From contig JAOUFJ010000002.1 in NCBI GenBank assembly GCA_029858255.1, positions 10,637 to 74,636 of the forward strand: a DNA stretch of 64,000 nt, written 5' to 3'. The notes below the pieces were generated by a model, which saw only the letters and a list, made by a program, of their open reading frames with translations, searched no databases and was not told the DNA's origin. The position numbers and the translations under genes are program-made. Source of the DNA: a candidate division WOR-3 bacterium. GTDB taxonomy: Bacteria; Hydrothermota; Tepidihabitantia; SM23-42. This document shows, one piece after another, positions 39,010 to 48,894 of this stretch (the first letter of the stretch is position 1; each line of letters opens with the position of its first letter).

Positions 39010-40965
39010 TTACTCTTCGCTTTCTGTCTGTGGCTCCGGGGCTTCCTCTGGTTCGGGCAACAGGATTTGGATATCGGCCTCTTCTCTTATCTTATCGAGA
39101 AAACCAGCGGCGAGTTCACCCTGTTGCTGGCGCTTCATACGCGATTCGATGATATTTCTCACGTCGTCAAGGCTTCGGTAGTGTTCAGAAATGTGCTCGA
39201 CCATCTTTATGATAGTCCATGTATCTGCCTTGACGCTGAACACTTTGCTGATCTCACCTATCTTCAAGGAGAAGAGAATTTTGTCGTAATCCTCACCCAT
39301 CATGCCCCGGCGTATGAGTCCGGTCTCACCGCCGCGCACGCTCGATACTGCGGTTGAATACTCAGCGGCAAGCGAATCAAAGGATTCTGGGTTAGCAATG
39401 ACCTCTTCATGCACTTTTTCGGCAACTTCTTTTGAATCCAGTATTATCTCGTGGACGCGAGCAGATTCGGGCATCTTGAACTCTTCGATGTTTTCACTGT
39501 AATTTCTTTCTACCTCGGCAGAATCGATAACGATTGCATCGAGCACGACCTTCTGATATAAGCCCTGATCCATTGCGGTCTTCATAGCGTCTTTGAGTTG
39601 TGTAAAGTACCCATCGTGCAGAAAATACTTGTTACGCCAGGCCAATTCCATTCTCAGATCCTCATCAAAGATGATACCGAGCAATTCTTCAACCTTATCC
39701 GGACGGGAAAGGTCTAACCTGGCAAATCGAGGCGACATGTTTTCATTCCTCTGCGTGGCGTCATCCCAGGTTATCCTTCTGCCGTTTATTTCAGCTATTG
39801 TGACTCCTCTGCTTTGTTCGGTCGTGTCCTTCAGGACCGCGATGATCGAATCGTTAAATGTGGCTATTTTTGCCTTTTTCTTCAATCTCTTGGTGAAAGC
39901 TTCCTCTTCCCTTTCGATATTTTGCGTCCTGACCTGCGCTTCGATCTGCTTTTTGACTTCTTCAAAGTCACGGTAATGCTCAGGTTTGTGAGATGTAATG
40001 TAGTATATACCAAACTTCTCGTCGAAGGGAACGATTTTTGTCAGTGTATTGACTTCGGTATTGAAGATTACGGAATCAATACTCGCGTGTTTCCGGCCGG
40101 GGTAAACGATACCCATGTTGCCACCGTTACGGGCACTCGTTTCGGTTGAATACAGCTTGGCAAGCGTGTCGAAGCTTGCATTATCCTTGATAAGAGAATC
40201 AAGAAGGACCTGCGCAAGACTATCCGATTCGACGACAATCTCCCGCCCCATGACTTGTTCGCTGACGACGTACTTGTCTTTATTCTCTTCATAGTATTTT
40301 TTCATCTGTTTATCGGTCGGATTTGCCTTGCTGATCACTTCATAGGCACGCACCTCGTCCAGGAGGATGGTTCTGTTTCGATTATTAAAACTATTCTTGA
40401 AGAATTCTGTGTCCGTTATCTTGTTCTCAACCGCGCTGGCGAATATCAGGCGCTCCGTTATCATCTGCTCGAGTACTACCTTCTCATCGGGACGCGCAAA
40501 CTGACCGCCGCGTCCAGTTTTCTCATCCAATTCCAGACGTGTTATATTGTATCCATCTATGACCGCGACGTAATCCTGATAATTCTTCTTGAAACAACGT
40601 TCAACGCCATTCAATGAAAAAGAATCGAGTGGGGCTTTGCGGAAACGCGTCGCTACAATTTCATACATCCTCGCTGAGTTCAGATAATCTTCCAGTATCT
40701 CGAGAACCTGCGCCAAACGGTAATAGGCCCAACCGTCCTTGTGCTTGTAGTTATCAACGACGTCTTGATATATTTCTGCAGCTTTTTGAAAATCCAATAA
40801 TTTGCTGTAGTAAATATCACCCATCTCGAGCTTCCACTGATAGGGATCTTTGTTTTTCTGTATCCTTTCCTCGCAATATTGCAGTGCTGCTTCATAATCC
40901 TCATTCATTACCAGGTTAACATATTCCTGCGGTAGCGCGAAGAAAAGTATGAATAGCATGAGCAT
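39010..40965 (-). CDS. TPR plus two-parvulin (PpiC/SurA/PrsA-type) foldase
   Basis: N-terminal TPRs; two FxxLAxxYS...GG.xG parvulin modules; SD AAGGAGG. Confidence 0.88.
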   Translation of the reverse strand: MLMLFILFFALPQEYVNLVMNEDYEAALQYCEERIQKNKDPYQWKLEMGDIYYSKLLDFQKAAEIYQDVVDNYKHKDGWAYYRLAQVLEILEDYLNSARMYEIVATRFRKAPLDSFSLNGVERCFKKNYQDYVAVIDGYNITRLELDEKTGRGGQFARPDEKVVLEQMITERLIFASAVENKITDTEFFKNSFNNRNRTILLDEVRAYEVISKANPTDKQMKKYYEENKDKYVVSEQVMGREIVVESDSLAQVLLDSLIKDNASFDTLAKLYSTETSARNGGNMGIVYPGRKHASIDSVIFNTEVNTLTKIVPFDEKFGIYYITSHKPEHYRDFEEVKKQIEAQVRTQNIEREEEAFTKRLKKKAKIATFNDSIIAVLKDTTEQSRGVTIAEINGRRITWDDATQRNENMSPRFARLDLSRPDKVEELLGIIFDEDLRMELAWRNKYFLHDGYFTQLKDAMKTAMDQGLYQKVVLDAIVIDSAEVERNYSENIEEFKMPESARVHEIILDSKEVAEKVHEEVIANPESFDSLAAEYSTAVSSVRGGETGLIRRGMMGEDYDKILFSLKIGEISKVFSVKADTWTIIKMVEHISEHYRSLDDVRNIIESRMKRQQQGELAAGFLDKIREEADIQILLPEPEEAPEPQTESEE

Positions 40966-40988
40966 CTGGCCTCCTTTCTTGAGTGTCT

Positions 40989-41059
40989 ATTTTACATAAA
41001 TATCAACCACTGTCAAGCGGCTAAAATTCACTTTACAAATCGCGGATTATGTGTATATT
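40989..41059. promoter_or_regulatory. divergent sigma70-type promoters (foldase on -, ABC ATPase on +)
   Basis: Minus strand TTGACA-N16-TAAAAT (40989-41016); plus strand TTTACA-N16-TATATT (41032-41059). Confidence 0.7.
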
Positions 41060-41066
41060 TAATGCA

Positions 41067-41834
41067 ATGCAAGCCGTCATAGAACTCAAGGATATCAAAC
41101 GCAGTTTCAAGAACCATTTCTGGCAGAAAAAGAAACAGGTGCTTGAGGGCATTTCACTGCAAATTCGTGAAGGTGAAGTATTCGGTTTTCTTGGACCCAA
41201 CGGCGCAGGCAAAACAACGACCATAAAGATCATCACCGGACTGATCAGACCAGACTCTGGCTGCGTTAGCATATTCGGTATGACACCCCATTCACTATCA
41301 GCAAAACAGCGCATCGGCTTCCTGCCCGAATCTCCGTACTTTTACGAACATCTGACCGGCTATGAATTCCTCAAGATCCACGCGGTTCTGAGCAATCTCG
41401 AGAAGTATAAAGAAAGGACATTTACGCTCCTTGAGCGTGTAGGATTGAAAGACGCGATGCACGTCCAGCTGAGGTCTTATTCAAGAGGCATGCTGCAACG
41501 GATCGGCATAGCCCAGGCAATGATCGGATCACCTGATCTGCTCATTCTTGACGAACCGCTAACCGGGCTTGATCCGATTGGACGCAAGGAGATAAAGGAT
41601 TTGATACTGGAGGAAAAGAGCAAGGGTACAACCATCTTTTTCTCGTCTCATATTCTACCCGACGCTGAAGCGGTCTGCGACCGCATTGGCATAGTCATAC
41701 AGGGTAGGATAAAAGAGATCGGTGATATGTCGACACTACTCAAGAAGGGCCTCCAGGCTGACAAGATCACTCTTGAGGACTGGTTTGTCGATCAGGTAAA
41801 GGCGACGGCTGAGAAAAGAGGAACGACTCGATGA
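41067..41834 (+). CDS. ABC transporter ATP-binding protein (Myxococcus PilH-like)
   Basis: GPNGAGKTT, YSRGMLQR, LDEP..GLD and SSH motifs. Confidence 0.92.
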   Translation: MQAVIELKDIKRSFKNHFWQKKKQVLEGISLQIREGEVFGFLGPNGAGKTTTIKIITGLIRPDSGCVSIFGMTPHSLSAKQRIGFLPESPYFYEHLTGYEFLKIHAVLSNLEKYKERTFTLLERVGLKDAMHVQLRSYSRGMLQRIGIAQAMIGSPDLLILDEPLTGLDPIGRKEIKDLILEEKSKGTTIFFSSHILPDAEAVCDRIGIVIQGRIKEIGDMSTLLKKGLQADKITLEDWFVDQVKATAEKRGTTR

Positions 41835-41877
41835 TGAATTTAAGCATAAGTCAATGTTCATCCGCAGCTGAAAGAAA

Positions 41878-42645
41878 ATGCATAGAGTAATAGCGATATT
41901 CGAAAACACTTTCAAGGAAGGCCTACGGCAGAGAATTCTGTCCTTGCTGGGCATTTTTGCTCTATTGCTTATCGTAGTTTCGGTTTTTCTAGAACCTTTC
42001 GCCCTTGGCGAAGCGCCTAAGATAATGCGTGATTTCGGTCTCGCCGTGACTTCACTCTTTGGCGTACTGACTACAATAATCATCGGCTCTGCGCTCATCC
42101 ACCGAGATATAGAAAAACGCACGATCTACACTGTGCTGGCAAAACCGGTACGCAGGGGTGAAGTTGTGCTGGGCAAGTTCCTGGGTCTGGGCGCGCTCAT
42201 TGCCCTGCTCGTACTTGCCATGCTATTGATACATCAATTGATCATTTTCGTCCAAGAAGGTGTATTTGAGCCTTCATTGCTCATTGTTTTTCCGTTTGAA
42301 CTCATCGAGGTTTCGGTGATACTCGGTATCCTTCTGCTATTCTCGTCGTTTTCTTCGAGTACACTGACTTCGATAATGGGTGTGATATTTTTCGTTACAG
42401 GACATGCCATGCCCGACTTGAAGTTGTTCGCGGAAAGTACCAAGGTTGAAGCCCTCAAACACGTCGCTTATGGGTTCTACTACCTTCTGCCCAACCTCAG
42501 CAACTTCAATTTTCGCACCGACCTTGCCTATAACATACCCCTGCCGGCGGATCAGGTTATCTTTTCCGTATGCTACGGCGTGATCTATACAGTATTTCTT
42601 CTCTATGTCACGACATTGATCTTTGAACGCCGTGAATTCAAGTAG
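41878..42645 (+). CDS. ABC transporter permease (PilI-like)
   Basis: Six TM segments; EKRTIYTVLAKPV.R...GKFLG and LPNL motifs. Confidence 0.88.
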   Translation: MHRVIAIFENTFKEGLRQRILSLLGIFALLLIVVSVFLEPFALGEAPKIMRDFGLAVTSLFGVLTTIIIGSALIHRDIEKRTIYTVLAKPVRRGEVVLGKFLGLGALIALLVLAMLLIHQLIIFVQEGVFEPSLLIVFPFELIEVSVILGILLLFSSFSSSTLTSIMGVIFFVTGHAMPDLKLFAESTKVEALKHVAYGFYYLLPNLSNFNFRTDLAYNIPLPADQVIFSVCYGVIYTVFLLYVTTLIFERREFK

Positions 42646-42682
42646 TCAACTTTGACTCCTTCCCGATGCACAGGGAAATAGA

Positions 42683-43510
42683 ATGACCAAGAAGATCGCC
42701 ATCGCATGCCTGATTCTGGTCGTGCTCCTCAGTCTTGCTTACCGAATAGACATGAGAAAAACCCCTCATGAGTTGATCGGCGAATTGATGTATTTCCCTT
42801 CAGGCTATGCTTTACGTACGCTGTCGGTCGGATATCATGCTCCGCTCGCCGACATCGTATGGCTGCGATTCATTCAGTACTACGGTGAGCACCGAATGAC
42901 AGACGCGAGGTTTGAACTGATGTACCATATACTCGATATATTGACAACACTCGATCCGAGATTCCTCTATTCGTACACGCTCGGCGCGCTCATGCTCACC
43001 CATGATGCACAGAGACCAGACCAGGCAGAAGCGCTACTAAAAAAGGGCATGTACTCAAACCCTGATGAATGGAGGATCCCTTTTACTTATGGGTTCATCA
43101 ACTATATTTTTCTGAAGGAATACCGGGTGGCTCAGACCTATTTCCGCGTTGCTTCTACAAAACCCGACGCGCCTGATATGGCAAAACGGTGGTATGCGTT
43201 CATTACTTACCTCAAGCTCGGTGACCTAAAGACTTCGCTGGCACTCTGGATGGACCTCTATAATAATACCGAGAATCCCGAGGAAAAGGAGATCGCGGCG
43301 ATCTACATAAAGAAGATTAAGATGCAGATAGACATTGATTTCCTTAATCGTAAAATCGGGGAATATGCTGATGCAATAGGCTATCCGCCTGCCGTGATAA
43401 CTGACCTGGTAACGTCAGGGCTCGTCGAGGCAATACCCGAAGAACCACATGGTGAGAGCTACTATATAAGAGACGGAAAAGCCCGTTCCACATGGGATCG
43501 GGATAATTGA
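42683..43510 (+). CDS. PilG-like membrane-anchored TPR protein
   Basis: ADIVWLRFIQYYG, TTLDPRF and P.EP.G..Y motifs; follows the ABC pair next to pilins. Confidence 0.75.
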   Translation: MTKKIAIACLILVVLLSLAYRIDMRKTPHELIGELMYFPSGYALRTLSVGYHAPLADIVWLRFIQYYGEHRMTDARFELMYHILDILTTLDPRFLYSYTLGALMLTHDAQRPDQAEALLKKGMYSNPDEWRIPFTYGFINYIFLKEYRVAQTYFRVASTKPDAPDMAKRWYAFITYLKLGDLKTSLALWMDLYNNTENPEEKEIAAIYIKKIKMQIDIDFLNRKIGEYADAIGYPPAVITDLVTSGLVEAIPEEPHGESYYIRDGKARSTWDRDN

Positions 43511-43538
43511 AAAACCGGAGCTATTCTAAGACTTCTGG

Positions 43539-43979
43539 CTAGGTCTTGCTTTTCTGACCGAAATTCTCCCTGATACCTTCTACCATCTGATTGAAGCTGT
43601 CAGCAACGTCATGAATTGCATCACCTTTGCGAAATCTCAGGGTCACTGTATAGTCACCGTTCTGTACCTTTTCCATGAACATCTTCAGACGGTATAGCGG
43701 ACCGGCAATCCGATGCGATACGAATATGCACACAACCGCAAGAAAGAGAAAAGCGACGGGCAGGATTATGAGCAGTGGTCTCGTGGATGCGACTATCAGT
43801 TCACTGCCGGTTGGTGCCCGTCCATAATTTTCTATGAAATCAACGATCGAAGAAAGGAAGAAATAGTGGTTTATCAGCGTAATAAGCAGTGTTATGACAA
43901 AGACAAGAAAAAGCATCAAACCCAGCATCCTGAATTGAAATTTCTTGTGCACGATATAGTTTCTTCTCTGTAATTTCAT
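43539..43979 (-). CDS. two-TM HAMP-domain protein with no output domain
   Basis: RRNYIVHKKFQ, SHRIAGPLYRL, LRFRKGD and FNQM motifs; start after AAGG. Confidence 0.8.
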   Translation of the reverse strand: MKLQRRNYIVHKKFQFRMLGLMLFLVFVITLLITLINHYFFLSSIVDFIENYGRAPTGSELIVASTRPLLIILPVAFLFLAVVCIFVSHRIAGPLYRLKMFMEKVQNGDYTVTLRFRKGDAIHDVADSFNQMVEGIRENFGQKSKT

Positions 43980-43992
43980 GGTTCCTTTCGGG

Positions 43993-44532
43993 TTATGGAA
44001 GAACCAACAAAAGCGGGGCTTTCGCACCAAAGGCAGTTAGAATATATGAAAAGGCTGCTGAGCCATTGCTGCTTGGCGTAGTGTTGTCAGCCTGGTATGC
44101 TGAATAGTAGACACAACCTTGTGGTCCGCCAGGGGGCCCGGGTGGAACAGGTGGAGCAGCAACCAAAAGATTCTCGATTACCGTGAAAGTTATGTTAAAA
44201 GGATTCTTGAAACCTGGATGCGGTTTTAGCAATGCATCTGGAGGAAATGGCGGCAAACGTACCCCTCCTGCAAGGGACATGTTACCGACAACTCCAGGAA
44301 GAATAGACGGATTTGCCTCACTCACCTTTGTATCTAAATCACCAGGGTAGACCCCGCCAGCCAGGGTATTGAATTCTTCGACGGCCGCGTGCGCCGAATG
44401 CATGTTCGCCTTCACGCTTGCTTCATAAGCCCGGTTTCTCAAACCGACATAATTTGGGATTGCGATCGCCGCCAGAATCGCGATGACAACGACGACGACC
44501 ATGAGTTCGATCAAAGTAAAGCCTCTATGCAT
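43993..44532 (-). CDS. type IV pilin, second (proline-rich) copy
   Basis: MHRG/FTLIELMVVVVVIAILAAIAIPNY class III signal peptide. Confidence 0.9.
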   Translation of the reverse strand: MHRGFTLIELMVVVVVIAILAAIAIPNYVGLRNRAYEASVKANMHSAHAAVEEFNTLAGGVYPGDLDTKVSEANPSILPGVVGNMSLAGGVRLPPFPPDALLKPHPGFKNPFNITFTVIENLLVAAPPVPPGPPGGPQGCVYYSAYQADNTTPSSNGSAAFSYILTAFGAKAPLLLVLP

Positions 44533-44551
44533 GCACCCTCTCCGTCTTCGA

Positions 44552-44589
44552 TAAAAAATATTGGGGGGCAATTCGCTTGCCCCCCAATA
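44552..44589 (-). terminator. intrinsic terminator between the two pilin genes
   Basis: Perfect 13-bp stem TATTGGGGGGCAA/TTGCCCCCCAATA followed by a T-run on the minus strand. Confidence 0.85.
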
Positions 44590-44617
44590 CCCATTGTTCA
44601 TGCGATTTTTCACGCGA

Positions 44618-45136
44618 TTATTGACCAGATTGTAGCGTAAGAGCCATGACCGCATCAACACCATTACCAGTGATGATATATCGGACTGCCGTCCCTGCCG
44701 GTGCGGGCGTTGTGGCACTCGCGTCAAATGACTCATAGAACACCACACCTGCATCAGCTGCCGCAGCATACGCTGCCGGTCCTATGTCACCCTCACGGTT
44801 AGCAGTCGCAACCGGATTCTTGAAGCTTGTCGGCAACAAAACATTGGCCGGCGCCGGTGGCCAGTTCCAAGTAGCTGCTCCAGCTATGCTACGAAGATCT
44901 GCAACGACACCGGTGATAGTTCCAACCCCTTCTGCACAATCAGCTGCATAGATTCCTTCAGTCAGCGTCGAGAAGTCCTCAGCAGCAAGCTGCAGAGTAT
45001 GCATGTTGTTCTTTACCGATGCTTCCTTGGCACGCTTCTGCATGCTGATGAAGTTCGGTATTGCGATCGCCGCCAAGATACCAATGATAACGACAACCAC
45101 CATGAGCTCGATCAGGGTAAATCCTTTATTCTTCAT
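44618..45136 (-). CDS. pilA: type IV major pilin
   Basis: MKNKG/FTLIELMVVVVIIGILAAIAIPNF; SD GAGGAGG; sigma-54 promoter upstream. Confidence 0.9.
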   Translation of the reverse strand: MKNKGFTLIELMVVVVIIGILAAIAIPNFISMQKRAKEASVKNNMHTLQLAAEDFSTLTEGIYAADCAEGVGTITGVVADLRSIAGAATWNWPPAPANVLLPTSFKNPVATANREGDIGPAAYAAAADAGVVFYESFDASATTPAPAGTAVRYIITGNGVDAVMALTLQSGQ

Positions 45137-45354
45137 TTTTTGCCTCCTCAGCAAAGAATGGTACTAGTAGAGTGGAATAATGTGCCCCCGAATATTGAAA
45201 GGTCGATAACAAAACCCGGTTTACTTAACCAAGAGGCTTTAGGACACAGACAGCACGAGTATTAAGGCTTACGCCTCATTCCATCACCAGAAAGCCACAC
45301 CCATCTTATTGGAGAAACTGATAGATTTTTAAAGACCAATTTACCTTATTATAT

Positions 45355-45370
45355 AGCAATATCTGTGCCA
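45355..45370 (-). promoter_or_regulatory. sigma-54 (-24/-12) promoter of pilA
   Basis: TGGCAC-AGATA-TTGCT matches the TGGCAC-N5-TTGC consensus. Confidence 0.88.
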
Positions 45371-45510
45371 CGTCTATATGAAAGAAACCCATGAAATCGC
45401 GGGGCAAAAAAATTACTGTACTGTCTCAACAATAGCAATGTGTCTCATTGTTAAACACTTAAGTCTCGGAAATAATATACCTCTGAAATCCATCGATCTG
45501 CACTGAGGCG

Positions 45511-46785
45511 TTATTTCTTCCTCTTTTTGGTATTCTTGAATCTACGGTACAGGGTCGCACGGGACACCCCCAGTATCCTTGCTGCCTCGCTCATATTGCC
45601 GTTACATTCCTTCACTACCCGTGTGATCTCCTCGGACTGGATTTGATTCAGGCTCTTCCCTCTAGGCCGCGGCAGGCCGAGATGCTGGGGTTCTAAGTAG
45701 TGAGAATCGCTCAAAATTGCGGCTCTTTCAATCACGTGGCGCAATTCTCTCACGTTGCCAGGCCAATTGTAGTTGTTCAGTATTTTTAGTGAATCTACCC
45801 GTAACACACGTTCACCGATGTTTTCACGCGTACATATCTCCTTAAGAAAGTGTCGGGCGAGTAACGGTATGTCGTCGTGGCGTTCTCTTAAGGGCGGCAG
45901 CACGAGCGGGATTACATTCAAACGATAGTATAAATCTTCTCTGAAACTGCCCTTTCTCAATTCCTCGCTGAGATTTTTGTTAGTAGCAGCTATGAGCCTA
46001 ACATCGACCTTGATTGGTTTTGTCGCACCCAGCGGAACAATTTCCCGTTCCTCCAGCAGCCTGAGTATCTTGACTTGAATTGTCGGCGAAGCATCACCGA
46101 TCTCATCGAGAAAGAAAGTTCCCTTGTCTGCCGTCCTGAAAAGTCCTTCCTTGTCGGTCGTAGCACCTGTGAATGCGCCACGTTTATAGCCAAAAAGCTC
46201 ACTCTCGAGCAAGGTATCAGGCATTGCCGCGCATGAAACAGTAACGAAATTGGACTTCGCGCGCTTTGAACGGTTGTGTATTTCGCGGGCGAACAACTCT
46301 TTGCCCGTACCCGATTCACCGAGCAACAAGACCGTGGTATCGGTTGCCGCGATCTTATCGAGCATTGCCAGGGTGCTACGCATCTGTTTGCTCGTCCCGA
46401 TTATCTTTGTCGGCCCTTTCAGATACCCGCTCAGATTTGCCCTGATTCGAACTGCCAGCTCGTCTATGGAAAAGGGTTTTAATATGTAATCACTTGCCCG
46501 GTCACGCAAGGCGTTGATTGCCGAATCCATTGAACCATATGCCGTGATGAATATGAATGGCACGTCAGGATGTATACCCCGCACCTTTCTCAGGAATTCA
46601 AACCCGTCGATCTCCGGCATCTTTATGTCGCTGATGATCAAATCGTAATGCTGGTTCTTTACCTCGGCCATTGCATCTTTTGGATCAGTCGTCGCGAATA
46701 CCTGATAGCCCTTCTGCTCGAGAGCGTATCCCAGCCATTTGATAAGACTGGCCTCATCATCAAGCAGGAGAATCTTATTTTTCAT
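45511..46785 (-). CDS. pilR: sigma-54-dependent response regulator (PilR/NtrC family)
   Basis: REC domain (DD, SDIKMP, TAY, KPF), GESGTGKE, GAFTGA, C-terminal Fis HTH; adjacent to pilA. Confidence 0.85.
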   Translation of the reverse strand: MKNKILLLDDEASLIKWLGYALEQKGYQVFATTDPKDAMAEVKNQHYDLIISDIKMPEIDGFEFLRKVRGIHPDVPFIFITAYGSMDSAINALRDRASDYILKPFSIDELAVRIRANLSGYLKGPTKIIGTSKQMRSTLAMLDKIAATDTTVLLLGESGTGKELFAREIHNRSKRAKSNFVTVSCAAMPDTLLESELFGYKRGAFTGATTDKEGLFRTADKGTFFLDEIGDASPTIQVKILRLLEEREIVPLGATKPIKVDVRLIAATNKNLSEELRKGSFREDLYYRLNVIPLVLPPLRERHDDIPLLARHFLKEICTRENIGERVLRVDSLKILNNYNWPGNVRELRHVIERAAILSDSHYLEPQHLGLPRPRGKSLNQIQSEEITRVVKECNGNMSEAARILGVSRATLYRRFKNTKKRKK

Positions 46786-46809
46786 GGATTATCCACGTCC
46801 GTGTGTAGC

Positions 46810-46837
46810 AGTTTACAAGCAATGACGGAAGAGTCAA
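46810..46837 (-). promoter_or_regulatory. sigma70-type promoter of pilR
   Basis: TTGACT-N16-TAAACT. Confidence 0.65.
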
Positions 46838-46839
46838 TC

Positions 46840-47775
46840 CTATTTTCTTCTGAGTGCGAACAATTCATTCAGCACAAAAGTCAATTGCGGTTTTATCAAC
46901 AACTCCCTTAATCCATCTCTACTTCTCATTGCGAAATCCATCAATATACTCACGCTTCCTATATTACGCAGGGGTACGCCGAACTCAAGCGCCACTCCGT
47001 GTTCAGTAACATCATTAAAGTACCAGGGATTGAAGTAATACATCAGACCAATATTACCACGATTCATAAATATCTTCAACCGGTTCGGCGAGTCAAACGT
47101 AGTATCACTCCAGAAAGAGTGTTCATAGATGATGCCAAGCGGCCATCCTGCAATTTTTGGATATATCCCGACCGAAAGTCGCTCGGGAAGATCAATCATC
47201 GTCGTCTCCTCAGGCAGGTATACCATTCGCACCCGGCCAAAGGACTCATAAGCGACAGAGAACAAGTCATGCTTTAGCCCAAAAGAAAATATCCTTCCCC
47301 GGTACCTGTAGGAGAATGTATCGACGAGACTGTACGAGCCGATGCTGTGGGTCCATATTTCCCAGGCGTTACCGAAGAGAAAGGATCCGGTTGTCGCAAG
47401 TTCGAAGGCTCCCAATCGTTTGCTCAATCCAGCGTACACTTCCTCTACACCCCCTTCTCCAAGGGCATGTATTTGTAGAGAACTATCCTCGAGGTAAACG
47501 TCAAAGCATTGATTGAAACGCTCGCGGTTGCCGACCATTACGCCGAACCCGTGTGTCAACGGCACGGCAAGGGACAATTTTATTGGATTCGTCCAGAATA
47601 CCCCGCGGAGATCTCCCGATTCATTCAATAGCATGTATTCGGGACTTACGGTAAAACCGAGCCGGGCCAGATGGCTTCCTTGCATGAATGGATCGTTAAA
47701 GATACCGAGGTCTTCTCCGATACCACCTATTGAGAAAATCGAGGCGTTAATCAGAAAAGCGATGATGATACTCAT
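46840..47775 (-). CDS. outer-membrane beta-barrel-like protein
   Basis: SIFSIGGIGE start, GEGGVEEVYAG and FLFGN motifs, amphipathic strands. Confidence 0.65.
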   Translation of the reverse strand: MSIIIAFLINASIFSIGGIGEDLGIFNDPFMQGSHLARLGFTVSPEYMLLNESGDLRGVFWTNPIKLSLAVPLTHGFGVMVGNRERFNQCFDVYLEDSSLQIHALGEGGVEEVYAGLSKRLGAFELATTGSFLFGNAWEIWTHSIGSYSLVDTFSYRYRGRIFSFGLKHDLFSVAYESFGRVRMVYLPEETTMIDLPERLSVGIYPKIAGWPLGIIYEHSFWSDTTFDSPNRLKIFMNRGNIGLMYYFNPWYFNDVTEHGVALEFGVPLRNIGSVSILMDFAMRSRDGLRELLIKPQLTFVLNELFALRRK

Positions 47776-47788
47776 TACGCTCTGTTGA

Positions 47789-48859
47789 CTAATATCGGGG
47801 ATCGGGCGGCTCGATATACCCGATGTTCAGACGATGCGAACCCCGTACTATCTTAACCCGTGAAATGTCATAGCTCTCTGGTGTGATACCGATAAAGAAA
47901 CCGTAGTTAGAGTCAGGATGCTCGATCAGGTGTTCAGCGTGTTTTGCGATATCTATCGTCACCATCGTATCACCGACTCCAATCCTCTTCAGAGCAATGA
48001 GAGGACCGGTCGGCGTATCGAATGTTGAAAAGGGTTCAAGCAATTGGCGTACTCCGATCTCGATCGTATCGCGGTGGCTGAAATATTCAGCGCACCTGAA
48101 TGAAAGTTCAGCATAGACGGCCATCGTGCTATCGAGCAGCGTATCGTAATTGAACTTCACAAAATCACGATATACCCATCCCGAACCGATCCAGTCATCA
48201 AACAAAGTCGGTTCTGGTCCGTTTATGATATGACAATCAACTTCGACGAATGCCGGTATCATAACGTCATTCTTCTCGAGTATTATCCTGGCCGGGTTCT
48301 CCCCTTCACGTGAGGAGATATAGCAGAAACCAGTATCACGCGGTACGATCATTATTCCCTTGGCCGCCTGTATCTGCTCCAACTCAATATAATTGAAGTA
48401 GAGAATAACAGAATCGCCCTGTGCGATTCCGTACCGGATCGAATCGCTGTTGAAATCACCGCCCGGCGTCGTCCAGGGTACATCCAAATTTCTCCTCGTC
48501 CAGTCAGCTTCGTACTCACTGAATTCAACGTCCATCAAGTGCAGGCTGAAAGGAACCGTATCATTATTGAATGAATTCCTTATGTTGAGAATCATTCTTA
48601 TCTCATCGAGCCCCAGATAAGTAGAATCCGGGAAGTCAAAAACGAGCATGGCACGGGATTCGTATTCCGCGTTCTTGCCAAACACCAGGTTAACCGCGCT
48701 GCCGGTATTAATATTCTTGTATTCGGTGAACGTTGAGAACAGATTGAGTTCAAGAAATTGAGGGGTGAATTCCCCTCGTTGACGTAGTTCGTCTTCTCCA
48801 ACTGGCAGCTCATTGCACGCCAGGAAAATCAGCGATATAATCAGAATGCACTGTTTCAT
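47789..48859 (-). CDS. lipoprotein of unknown function (DNRLRE/DUF4270-like)
   Basis: Lipobox FLA-C; W..PGGDF and SRE...P motifs; promoter position supports start 48859. Confidence 0.75.
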   Translation of the reverse strand: MKQCILIISLIFLACNELPVGEDELRQRGEFTPQFLELNLFSTFTEYKNINTGSAVNLVFGKNAEYESRAMLVFDFPDSTYLGLDEIRMILNIRNSFNNDTVPFSLHLMDVEFSEYEADWTRRNLDVPWTTPGGDFNSDSIRYGIAQGDSVILYFNYIELEQIQAAKGIMIVPRDTGFCYISSREGENPARIILEKNDVMIPAFVEVDCHIINGPEPTLFDDWIGSGWVYRDFVKFNYDTLLDSTMAVYAELSFRCAEYFSHRDTIEIGVRQLLEPFSTFDTPTGPLIALKRIGVGDTMVTIDIAKHAEHLIEHPDSNYGFFIGITPESYDISRVKIVRGSHRLNIGYIEPPDPRY

Positions 48860-48866
48860 TAAGCTA

Positions 48867-48894
48867 ATCATAATCATATTTTTCAATAAGTCAA
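48867..48894 (-). promoter_or_regulatory. sigma70-type promoter, leaderless lipoprotein gene
   Basis: TTGACT-N16-TATGAT-N7-ATG. Confidence 0.7.

Noticed and set aside
44618..45136. Electrically conductive (e-pilin) type pilin
   Set aside because: Full-length pilin with low aromatic density, lacking aromatics at several Geobacter e-pilin positions
45137..45345. c-di-GMP (GEMM) riboswitch in the pilA leader
   Set aside because: I could not find the GGCAAA...GAAA...GACGCAAAGC architecture; an Infernal scan would be needed
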